A DNA stretch of 64,000 nucleotides from a virus: positions 3,941 to 67,940 of the IMG/VR virus record IMGVR_UViG_3300025647_000030; one strand, given 5' to 3'. Under the pieces are notes generated by a model, which did no database searches, was not told where the DNA came from, and saw only the letters and a list, made by a program, of their open reading frames with translations. The position numbers and the translations under genes are program-made. This document shows positions 31,611 to 40,086 of this stretch, piece by piece; position 1 is the stretch's first letter, and each line of letters starts with the position of its first letter.

Positions 31611-33982
31611 TGGCAATAAAATTATCAACTCTTAACGTACAGGATGTACGTTGTAAATTTGAAAATATTGCTATCGGATATAATTCTTTACCACAGGGTT
31701 CATTCGCCGGTACACCAACAATAACAAATGGTGGTTCTGGCTATACTGATGGAACATATAACAATATAACACCAATTATTATTTCTGGTGAAGAACCAAG
31801 AATTTATCCAACATATAATGTTACTGTATCGGGTGGTGTTGTAACTGGATTAACTCTTGTTAGATTAGGCTCAGAGTTAAATGAATCAACAGTTTATTCA
31901 TTTACAAATACCGATATAGGCGGTACTGGTAGTGGCGTAACATTTACAACTACAATAACTATTATAGCTGAACCAGGTTATAGCAATACAGCATTTGGTA
32001 CTTGCACACTTTATGGTAATACTTATGGTAGCCGCAATACAGCACTAGGTTATGGTTCACTTAAATGTAATACTACGGGTTGTAATAATACAGCAGTAGG
32101 TTCTCATTCACTTTATGGTAGTACTACAGGTTATGGCAATACAGCAGTGGGTTATGGTTCACTTAAATGTAATACTACGGGTTGTAATAATATAGCAGTA
32201 GGTAATAATTCACTTAGAGTTAATACTACAGGTTATGGTAATACAGCAGTTGGTTCTTGTTCACTTTATGGTAGTACTACTGGTTATGGTAATACAGCAG
32301 TAGGTTATAATTCACTTCGTTGTAACACTACAGGTTATGATAATACAGCACTAGGTTCTTATTCACTTAAATGTAATACTACAGGTTATGATAATACAGC
32401 AGTGGGTTATGGTTCACTTTATGGTAATACTACAGGTTATGGTAATACAGCAGTGGGTTATTTTTCACTTTATGGTAATATTACAGGTAATAATAATATA
32501 GCAGTAGGTATGTGTTCACTTTATGGTAATACTACAGGTTTTAGTAATACAGCACTAGGTTATGGTTCACTTCGTTGTAACACTACAGGTAGTGGTAATA
32601 TAGCAGTAGGTTATAGTTCACTTTATGGTAATACTACAGGTTACGCTAATACAGCAGTAGGTTATAATTCACTTCGTTGTAACACTACAGGTTACGCTAA
32701 TACAGCAATAGGTTATAGTTCACTTTATGGTAATACTTACGGTTATGGTAATACAGCAGTAGGATTAATGTCACTTCGTTGTAATACTACAGGTGCTCTT
32801 AACACAGCAGTAGGATATGGTTCACTTTACGGTAATACTACAGGTTTTAGAAATACATCACTAGGTTATGGTTCACTTCATTATAATACTACAGGTTTTA
32901 GAAATACAGCAGTGGGTTATAATTCACTTCGTGCTAATACTACAGGTACTAGAATTACAGCACTAGGTTATAATTCACTTCGTGCTAATACTATAGGCAT
33001 TAATAATACAGCATTAGGTACTTGTTCACTTTATGGTAATACTACAGGTAATAATAATACAGCAGTGGGTTATGGTTCACTTTATGGTAATACCACAGGC
33101 ATTAATAATACAGCAGTGGGTTATTTTTCACTTAAAGCTAATACTATAGGCATTAATAATACAGCATTAGGTGCTTGTTCACTTTGTAATAATACAGGTA
33201 ATAATAATACAGCAGTAGGTATGTGTTCACTTTATGGTAATACTACAGGTTTTAGTAATACAGCACTAGGTTATGGTTCACTTAAAGCTAATACTATAGG
33301 CATTAATAATACAGCAGTAGGATTAATGTCACTTTGTAATAATACAGGTAATAATAATACAGCACTAGGTATGTATTCACTTCGTGCTAATACTACAGGT
33401 TTTAGAAATACAGCACTAGGTTTTAATTCAAATAAAGCTAATACTACAGGTAGTTATAATACAGCACTAGGTTATGGTTCACTTTGTAATAATACTACAG
33501 GTGCTAATAATACAGCAGTGGGTTATCAAGCAGGTGATATTACTACTACTGGAACTAATAACACAAGTATTGGCTATCAAGCTGATCCATCTACAAATAC
33601 AGTATCTAATGAATTCACGTTAGGTAATGCCAGTGTTACCAATCTACGCTGTAATGATACTACAATATCCACACTATCGGATGAACGTGATAAAGATGAA
33701 ATTGAAGATATTCAATATGGTTTAGAATTCATTGAAGATTTACGACCAGTTAGTTTTAAGTGGAATAGGCGTGATGGTTCAATGAAAGATAAATACGATT
33801 TAGGATTTATTGCTCAAGAATTAGACGCAATTGAAGCCAAGTATTCTTCATATAAATACACAAGATTGGTTCATAAAGATAATCCAGAGAAATGGGAAGC
33901 CGATCCCATGAAAACATATCCAATTCTTGTCAAGGCTGTACAAGAATTGGCAAAACGAATAACTGACTTAGAGAACAAATAG
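31610..33982 (+). CDS. Repeat-rich trimeric fibre/adhesin with C-terminal peptidase S74 intramolecular chaperone
   Basis: ATG at 31610 overlaps the upstream TAA. About 32 17-aa repeats xxNTAVGxxSLxxNTTG. LSDERDKDEIEDIQYGLEFIEDLRPVSFKWN...GFIAQEL...LVKAVQEL is the S74 signature. Confidence 0.88.
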   Translation: MAIKLSTLNVQDVRCKFENIAIGYNSLPQGSFAGTPTITNGGSGYTDGTYNNITPIIISGEEPRIYPTYNVTVSGGVVTGLTLVRLGSELNESTVYSFTNTDIGGTGSGVTFTTTITIIAEPGYSNTAFGTCTLYGNTYGSRNTALGYGSLKCNTTGCNNTAVGSHSLYGSTTGYGNTAVGYGSLKCNTTGCNNIAVGNNSLRVNTTGYGNTAVGSCSLYGSTTGYGNTAVGYNSLRCNTTGYDNTALGSYSLKCNTTGYDNTAVGYGSLYGNTTGYGNTAVGYFSLYGNITGNNNIAVGMCSLYGNTTGFSNTALGYGSLRCNTTGSGNIAVGYSSLYGNTTGYANTAVGYNSLRCNTTGYANTAIGYSSLYGNTYGYGNTAVGLMSLRCNTTGALNTAVGYGSLYGNTTGFRNTSLGYGSLHYNTTGFRNTAVGYNSLRANTTGTRITALGYNSLRANTIGINNTALGTCSLYGNTTGNNNTAVGYGSLYGNTTGINNTAVGYFSLKANTIGINNTALGACSLCNNTGNNNTAVGMCSLYGNTTGFSNTALGYGSLKANTIGINNTAVGLMSLCNNTGNNNTALGMYSLRANTTGFRNTALGFNSNKANTTGSYNTALGYGSLCNNTTGANNTAVGYQAGDITTTGTNNTSIGYQADPSTNTVSNEFTLGNASVTNLRCNDTTISTLSDERDKDEIEDIQYGLEFIEDLRPVSFKWNRRDGSMKDKYDLGFIAQELDAIEAKYSSYKYTRLVHKDNPEKWEADPMKTYPILVKAVQELAKRITDLENK
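31979..33595 (+). repeat. Coding tandem repeat, ~32 x 51 bp (two units are 48 bp)
   Basis: Recurring AATACAGCAGTAGG / TCACTT / AATACTACAGGT blocks; a 73-bp exact duplicate at 32500-32572 and 33211-33283. Confidence 0.95.
33851..33858 (+). promoter_or_regulatory. Possible intragenic late promoter upstream of the modification cassette
   Basis: TATAAATA ~135 nt before ATG 33993; could be chance in AT-rich DNA. Confidence 0.35.
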
Positions 33983-33992
33983 GAGTTTTAAA

Positions 33993-34301
33993 ATGGCTAC
34001 ACATCCATATACGATAGTTTTGAAAAAAGCTACCCCAACAGTTCGATTGACTGATGGTGTTGTAAAAGAGTGGGAAATTGAAGTTCTTTGTACTTCAACC
34101 GAAAACGGTTGGAAGAAAACTTTTAATGAACGTGAAGAAGTAGAATACTTGAACAAAGTTGCTACCGATTTCACAAAATCAGAATTGATAGCAATGGTCA
34201 ACGTTAATGATCATGTCTTTGATGCTCATTGGGAAGCACACAATACCGCACCAACAACTGATCGCGTAGGTGATTTCTCTATTACTAATCTCGCCGATTA
34301 A
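33993..34301 (+). CDS. Hypothetical protein (possibly fibre-associated)
   Basis: AGGAG RBS, 102-aa ORF directly after the fibre gene. Confidence 0.75.
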   Translation: MATHPYTIVLKKATPTVRLTDGVVKEWEIEVLCTSTENGWKKTFNEREEVEYLNKVATDFTKSELIAMVNVNDHVFDAHWEAHNTAPTTDRVGDFSITNLAD

Positions 34302-34319
34302 TTAAAATAGATTTATATT

Positions 34320-35015
34320 ATGAGAAATATTATGGTCGCGGCTCCGGCGCATGATGGAGCCAATAATGTGTGGCATACTTGTGCTTTGGTAAATACAGCA
34401 AAACAGGCTATCATGCGGGATATAAACATTATTCCGATTTATATGTCATATGATAGTCTTGTTCAAAGAGCAAGAAATGATATTGTCAAACTTGCCCTTC
34501 AGATGGAAGTTGATGATTTAGTATTCATTGACACAGATCAGGATTGGGAAGTTGATGATTTCTTTAAACTCATTGAGCATGATGTTGATGTTGTTGGTGT
34601 TCCTATCCGTAAAAAATCCGACGAAGAAACATATAATGTTAAACTATTAAGAGAATATAAAGTTCTTGAAAATGGTTTGGTCGATGTTGATTCTGTTGGA
34701 ACAGGTATGCTACGTCTAACAAGAAAAGCACTATTAGCAGTATGGAATGATTCCGAAGAATACTTAGAACAAGGTAAAGGCATGGGGCGCATGGTGTTTA
34801 GCGTAGAGATTGTTGGTGGTGTTCTATGGAGTGAAGATGTAGTTCTATGTAAAAAGCTAAATGACAATGGTATTAGAGTATATATTGACCCAACATTAAA
34901 TGCCGCACATTCTGGACATAAGCGTTGGATTGGAGACTTTGATACTTGGATTGGGCTTGTTACAACAGAACCAAAACCAACTTTACAAGAAATGAAGTCT
35001 ATGAAGGAGTTTTGA
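34320..35015 (+). CDS. GT-A fold (GT2-like) glycosyltransferase
   Basis: SLVQRARN, LVFIDTD (DxD), VGTGMLRLTR, WSEDVVLC, VYIDP....H.G. Confidence 0.8.
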   Translation: MRNIMVAAPAHDGANNVWHTCALVNTAKQAIMRDINIIPIYMSYDSLVQRARNDIVKLALQMEVDDLVFIDTDQDWEVDDFFKLIEHDVDVVGVPIRKKSDEETYNVKLLREYKVLENGLVDVDSVGTGMLRLTRKALLAVWNDSEEYLEQGKGMGRMVFSVEIVGGVLWSEDVVLCKKLNDNGIRVYIDPTLNAAHSGHKRWIGDFDTWIGLVTTEPKPTLQEMKSMKEF

Positions 35016-35016
35016 T

Positions 35017-35835
35017 ATGAAGAAATACAATTTCATATCAGGATTACCCAGAGCAGGTTCTACACTTTTAAGCAGTATACTCAATCAAAATCCACACTTT
35101 TCTGCGGGTATTAGTGATTGTTTACATTCTTACACACATTCAATCATACAAGATACTGACCAATCTGTAGGTATTGGTACACTTATTCCTATTGAGAAAC
35201 GAAAGGAAATTATTAGAGGTATATTTGATTCATACTATTCAGATAAAAATGAAGTATGTTTCAATACTAATAGAGCGTGGACAGCAGATACGTACCTACT
35301 CAAAAGTTTATTTCCAGATTTTAGAATGATTGTTATGATACGCAATATTGAGTGGATATTAAACTCATTTGAACACTTACATCAGAAGAACCCATATACT
35401 ATTAAGCCACTATATCACCATAAAGATTTACCTAATTCCATGACAAGATGTGCTATGCTTATGGGTGAATTAGGTGATGCGGGCTATGTTAAAGGTCCAC
35501 TTGATTGTGTTATGTCAAGTGTTAATTCAGCAGAAGCACCGCAGATTGTATATGTTACTTACGGTAGTTTAGTCAAACAGCCAGAAAAAACTATGAGGTC
35601 AATATATGATTTTATTGGTGAAGAATATTTCGAACATGATTTTAAAAATGTGGATTGTCAATATGATGATTTTGACAATCAAGCTAAAATAGATGGGCTA
35701 CACACAGTTAGAAAAGAAGTATCGTATAAAGAGCAAAAGGTTATTATACCAGATAATCTATTCGAACATTACAGTCAATTTAACGTGCTAAATAATATTG
35801 ATACAAATTTAATTAACTTGATAAACTATAGGTAA
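35017..35835 (+). CDS. Sulfotransferase family protein
   Basis: FISGLPRAGSTLLSSILNQNP (5'-PSB loop), MIVMIRN...ILNSF (3'-PB), YGSLVKQPEKTMRSIYDFIG. Confidence 0.88.
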   Translation: MKKYNFISGLPRAGSTLLSSILNQNPHFSAGISDCLHSYTHSIIQDTDQSVGIGTLIPIEKRKEIIRGIFDSYYSDKNEVCFNTNRAWTADTYLLKSLFPDFRMIVMIRNIEWILNSFEHLHQKNPYTIKPLYHHKDLPNSMTRCAMLMGELGDAGYVKGPLDCVMSSVNSAEAPQIVYVTYGSLVKQPEKTMRSIYDFIGEEYFEHDFKNVDCQYDDFDNQAKIDGLHTVRKEVSYKEQKVIIPDNLFEHYSQFNVLNNIDTNLINLINYR

Positions 35836-35839
35836 TATA

Positions 35840-36748
35840 ATGAGTTTGAATACTTACATAATTGAAGGTGGGCTTGGTAAGCACATCATGTTTACGGCGT
35901 TGATTGATCAATTGGTTGAGAAAACAGGAGAACCAATTCAGGTACACACACCATATGTACAGGTGTTTGCGGGTAATCCGAAAGTTAAAATGGCATTTGA
36001 TTCAGTATCAATACCTTTAGATGACCCAAGAATTCTTGTATCAGATGAAATTATTTACTGTGAACCATATAAATCGAATTTCGTAAAGGGTGATGAACAC
36101 TTGCTTGAGTCATACTGTAAGCACTTGGGTATTGAATATAACCCAAAGGTTAAACCAGAAATCTTCACAGATTTTGCGAAAGCAGATGCTAAAAAATGGC
36201 TAGAGCAATTTAATATTACGGGTAAGTTCATTCTTATTCAAATGACAGGTGGGCAATCACCAATTGGCACCGATTTATCTGGACAGTATGTTTCAAGTAA
36301 TGCAGGAAGAAACTATCCACCATATTTTACAAATGGTCTATGTGAAATGATCAAGCAGAAGTACCCAGATTATACAATAATCGATTGTACATTATCAAAC
36401 GAACCTGCTTATCCATTTGCTATTAAATGTGATGCACCTTGGCAAGTTGTTAATGAACTACTGAAAATGAGTGAAGGTTTCATTGCTATTGATAGTTGCT
36501 TGCAACATATGGGTGCGGCTGAAGCAGTTCCGGGAGTTGTTGTATGGGGCAATACACGTTGGAATCAATTTGGTTGGGAACAGAATAAAAACGTATCGTT
36601 TAATATGAAGGAAATTAATGATAGAATTAAAATAGACATTAATGATCCTCGTAATATAATGGTAGGTCCTGAATTTCTATTTAACGTATATGAAATTATG
36701 AAACGTGATAAAAATGAATTTGAAACGGTGGAGTGCGCCCATTTATGA
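35840..36748 (+). CDS. GT-B fold glycosyltransferase, GT9 (heptosyltransferase)-like
   Basis: IEGGLGKHIMFTALI, VFAGNPKV, FIAIDSCLQHMGAA...PGVVVWG.T. Confidence 0.75.
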   Translation: MSLNTYIIEGGLGKHIMFTALIDQLVEKTGEPIQVHTPYVQVFAGNPKVKMAFDSVSIPLDDPRILVSDEIIYCEPYKSNFVKGDEHLLESYCKHLGIEYNPKVKPEIFTDFAKADAKKWLEQFNITGKFILIQMTGGQSPIGTDLSGQYVSSNAGRNYPPYFTNGLCEMIKQKYPDYTIIDCTLSNEPAYPFAIKCDAPWQVVNELLKMSEGFIAIDSCLQHMGAAEAVPGVVVWGNTRWNQFGWEQNKNVSFNMKEINDRIKIDINDPRNIMVGPEFLFNVYEIMKRDKNEFETVECAHL

Positions 36749-37110
36749 AACTTGAAATACCCGTAAGTATTGGCGAGTTGTGGGATAAAATAACTATTCT
36801 TGAGATAAAAAAGAATAATGCTAAGGGTGAAAAACTATTTAACATTATGAAAGAATATAATGAGTTGATTAGAATAGCACCGGAGATTAAAGAAGAGTAT
36901 TTGTTTGAGTTGAGATATGTGAATTCTCGGCTATGGGATATTGAAGATGCTATAAGAGAAAAAGAACATAATGATGAATTTGATAGTGAATTCATAGCAC
37001 TAGCACGAAATGTTTATAAAACTAATGACTTGAGATTTGAAATTAAGAAGAAAATTAATATTGAAAGTGGTTCGTATATGATTGAAGAAAAATTACATAA
37101 ATATAAATAA
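36745..37110 (+). CDS. DUF6165-like small helical protein
   Basis: IPVSIGELWDKITILEIK...VNSRLWDIEDAIR...FIALARNVYKTNDLRFEIKKKIN...EEK; ATG at 36745. Confidence 0.8.
   Translation: MKLEIPVSIGELWDKITILEIKKNNAKGEKLFNIMKEYNELIRIAPEIKEEYLFELRYVNSRLWDIEDAIREKEHNDEFDSEFIALARNVYKTNDLRFEIKKKINIESGSYMIEEKLHKYK
37102..37109 (+). promoter_or_regulatory. Late promoter for the second fibre block
   Basis: TATAAATA ~32 nt upstream of ATG 37142. Confidence 0.65.
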
Positions 37111-37141
37111 ACCGAGTTAAACACCATAGGCGAATAGAAAA

Positions 37142-39706
37142 ATGGCAATTTTTAATTTTCCATCAGCACCAAATGATTTAGATGAATATACGTTAAATAG
37201 TGTCACATATGTATATAACGCAACTAAAACTCGTTGGGAACCAAAAGATATTACTAATTCTCTGCTTGATCATATAGCATTTGATACAACAGCAGGATAC
37301 AGTGTCGGTGAAGGTGAATTAGCATGGAACGCTGATGAAGGTACTGTAGATATTGGGATACTAAATGGCTCTGTCCTTCAAGTTGGACAGGAGGTTGTTT
37401 ATCTGGTTAAGAATCAGACAGGCTCTACCATACCAAATGGAACTCCTGTCATGGCTACCGGTACACTTGGTGCTAGTGGTAGGATTACAGTTGCGCCAAT
37501 GGTTTCCGATGGATCTGTTGAGCCAAGATTTTTCTTAGGTGTTACAACCAACGAAATATTAGATGGTGAAGATGGTTATGTAACACATCTTGGTAAAGTA
37601 AGAGGTGTTGATTTAACTGCTTTTGCAAATGGCGATGTTTTGTGGCTAGATCCTACAGTTGTGGGTGGTTTAACATCGACAGAACCAACAACAGCAGGTG
37701 CTTTGAAAATAGCCGTAGCTTTTGTTATTTATGATGGCAATGGCAATGCTTCGCAAGGCGTAATGCAAGTGCGATTCACAGATGGTACACATCTGCATGA
37801 AGCACATGATGTTTCAATTACAGCACCATCCAACGGGGATGTTCTAAGTTATGATTCGGTTTCTGGTTTGTGGATTAATTCAACTGAAACCGATCCTATC
37901 TTTAGTGCATCCGCTGCATTTGGTATCACAGAAACACAGGTGACTAACTGGGACACAGCATTTGCTTGGGGAGATCATGGTGAAGCAGGATATTTAACTG
38001 CTGAAACTGATACACTTGGCTCTGTAACTACTAGAGGTGCAGTGACTACAAATAGTATAGAAACTTCCGGGTTTGTAACAACCGGCGGTACTTCAAGTGA
38101 TTTTGTGAAAGGTGATGGGTCTTTAGATAGCACAACTTACCTAAATTCCTATACAGAAACACAGACTCTACAGGATGTCACAGACCTTGGTGCTACAACA
38201 ACTGCTGATGTCACTGTAGGTACATTACATAGTGATGTCTATACCTATAAAACCGACCACCCATTATTAAGCAAGCCTTCTTATGCAGAGGGTAAAGTAT
38301 TTTACGATCCAGAATACAAAACTCTAACGCTGTATAATGAAGAGCCAGATATGGCTCTTCAATTAGGACAAGAGTTCGTTGTCAGAGTTTATAATAGCAC
38401 CGGGTCGACTATTCCCATTGGAACACCCTGTAGAGCATCTGGAACATCTGGAGAATTACAGACAGTCGAGCCTGCTGATGCAACCACACAGGGTTTAGCT
38501 AGGGTTTTTGGTGTTGCTACACATGATATACCGAGCGGCAGTACAGGTTATTTAACAAAGCACGGCTTTGTTTCGGGTATAAACACAAGCGGATTAACTC
38601 AGGGTAAGCCTGTTTTTTTAGCTCCTGATGGCTCATTAACCTCGCAAGCGGCGACGTATCCATATTACCCTACCCAAATTGGTGGGTGTGTTGTATCGGA
38701 TGCGACTGATGGTTATCTTTATGTTGAGCCTGTTTATTTTACCCAAGATCAATTGCGTGTTATTTATAATGGTCATATTGATGGTAATCTTACTGTTAAC
38801 GGCGACCTTGTTATAAATGGTACACAGTCAATCACCAATCAGCAAAATCTTGCCATCAATGACTCGTTTATCTACCTGAACTCCGGGGATAATATTGGTG
38901 AAGCAGGGACTACATTTACTGGTTCTGGATTAGATGATGCCTATTTTACGGGTTATTACGAAGGTACAAGCAACCAAACTTATTATGTGAGGATAGATAG
39001 TGTTGGTGGTGGCACTGGTGGGGTGGATACGTTTGAGTGGTCGTTAGATAATTTCTCTACAACTGAAGCTACTGGCGTAGATATTACTGGTGACAATCAG
39101 GCACTTGTTGACAACATCAATATTTATTTTAACGCTACAACTGGACATACTCTAAATGATGTGTGGTCTGGAACCGCAGTCCCGGTAAATATTGATACTG
39201 GATGGGTAACAAATAGAAATACTGGTACGTCTGGTATCGGTCATACTCATTTGGGTGTGTTTTATGATGTATCTGACGAGAAGTTTAGAATCTTTGATGA
39301 ATATGCCCCAGAACCTAATGGTGGTAATATTGATGTAAATGATGCTAGTTATAATACTGGTACTATTGTTGCCAACATAGAAGGTAACGTTACTGGTGAT
39401 GTTACTGGTAATGCTGACACAGCAACGGCACTAGCAACAGCGCAAAATATAACTCTAATGGGTGATGTTACTGGTACTGCTTCATTTGACGGAACAGCAA
39501 CCGCCTCAATAACAACTTCACTTTCTGCTACATACCTTACAGATATAACAGGACAACCGCTCGGTGATTTGAGTAATGTTTCGTTGACATCACCTACAAA
39601 CGGACAAGTTTTGAAATATAACGGTACAAACTGGGTCAATGCAACTGAAGCAGGCGGCGGAATTACAACTGGTAAAGCAATTGCAATGGCAATGATTTTT
39701 GGATAA
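37142..39706 (+). CDS. Mosaic fibre/decoration protein (two cement-like domains plus fibre repeats)
   Basis: Two (V/L)GQE.V..V.N.TGSTIP.GTP domains; ETQTLQDVTDLGATT shared with 29353..31005; GNVTGDVTGNADTAT; ends GGITTGKAIAMAMIFG. Confidence 0.72.
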   Translation: MAIFNFPSAPNDLDEYTLNSVTYVYNATKTRWEPKDITNSLLDHIAFDTTAGYSVGEGELAWNADEGTVDIGILNGSVLQVGQEVVYLVKNQTGSTIPNGTPVMATGTLGASGRITVAPMVSDGSVEPRFFLGVTTNEILDGEDGYVTHLGKVRGVDLTAFANGDVLWLDPTVVGGLTSTEPTTAGALKIAVAFVIYDGNGNASQGVMQVRFTDGTHLHEAHDVSITAPSNGDVLSYDSVSGLWINSTETDPIFSASAAFGITETQVTNWDTAFAWGDHGEAGYLTAETDTLGSVTTRGAVTTNSIETSGFVTTGGTSSDFVKGDGSLDSTTYLNSYTETQTLQDVTDLGATTTADVTVGTLHSDVYTYKTDHPLLSKPSYAEGKVFYDPEYKTLTLYNEEPDMALQLGQEFVVRVYNSTGSTIPIGTPCRASGTSGELQTVEPADATTQGLARVFGVATHDIPSGSTGYLTKHGFVSGINTSGLTQGKPVFLAPDGSLTSQAATYPYYPTQIGGCVVSDATDGYLYVEPVYFTQDQLRVIYNGHIDGNLTVNGDLVINGTQSITNQQNLAINDSFIYLNSGDNIGEAGTTFTGSGLDDAYFTGYYEGTSNQTYYVRIDSVGGGTGGVDTFEWSLDNFSTTEATGVDITGDNQALVDNINIYFNATTGHTLNDVWSGTAVPVNIDTGWVTNRNTGTSGIGHTHLGVFYDVSDEKFRIFDEYAPEPNGGNIDVNDASYNTGTIVANIEGNVTGDVTGNADTATALATAQNITLMGDVTGTASFDGTATASITTSLSATYLTDITGQPLGDLSNVSLTSPTNGQVLKYNGTNWVNATEAGGGITTGKAIAMAMIFG

Positions 39707-39720
39707 GAGGATATAGATAA

Positions 39721-40086
39721 ATGGCAGCACCAAATATAGTAGGCGTAACAACGATTACAGGAAAAACCGATGTAACGTCAATTGACGTTACAGCAACCGC
39801 AATTACTACAAACTCCGCGGCATCAAACCAAGTATATAAAATCAACTCATTGATTATTTCAAATATTGATGGAACAAATGATGCTGATGTTACTGTGGAG
39901 TTTGTGCGCGGTGGTACTGGATATGCACTTGCAAGTGTTATTACTGTTCCAGCGGCGGCCACTCTCGTCATCGTTTCAAAAGACAACGGCATTTATATGG
40001 AAGAAGGCGATTCAATTGAATGCACTGCTTCTGCCGCTGGTGACTTGCAAGCAATTTTATCTTACGATATTATAACTGATCAATAA
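39721..40086 (+). CDS. Small beta-sandwich virion protein
   Basis: GAGG RBS; MAAPNIVGVTTITGKT...YKINSLIISNIDGTNDADVTV...IYMEEGDSI; the type that follows ...AIAMAMIFG-ending genes. Confidence 0.75.
   Translation: MAAPNIVGVTTITGKTDVTSIDVTATAITTNSAASNQVYKINSLIISNIDGTNDADVTVEFVRGGTGYALASVITVPAAATLVIVSKDNGIYMEEGDSIECTASAAGDLQAILSYDIITDQ

Noticed and set aside
31979-33595. CRISPR array
   Set aside because: The repeats are in-frame coding units of 51 bp with 6-nt variable slots, not repeat-spacer structure; no cas genes.
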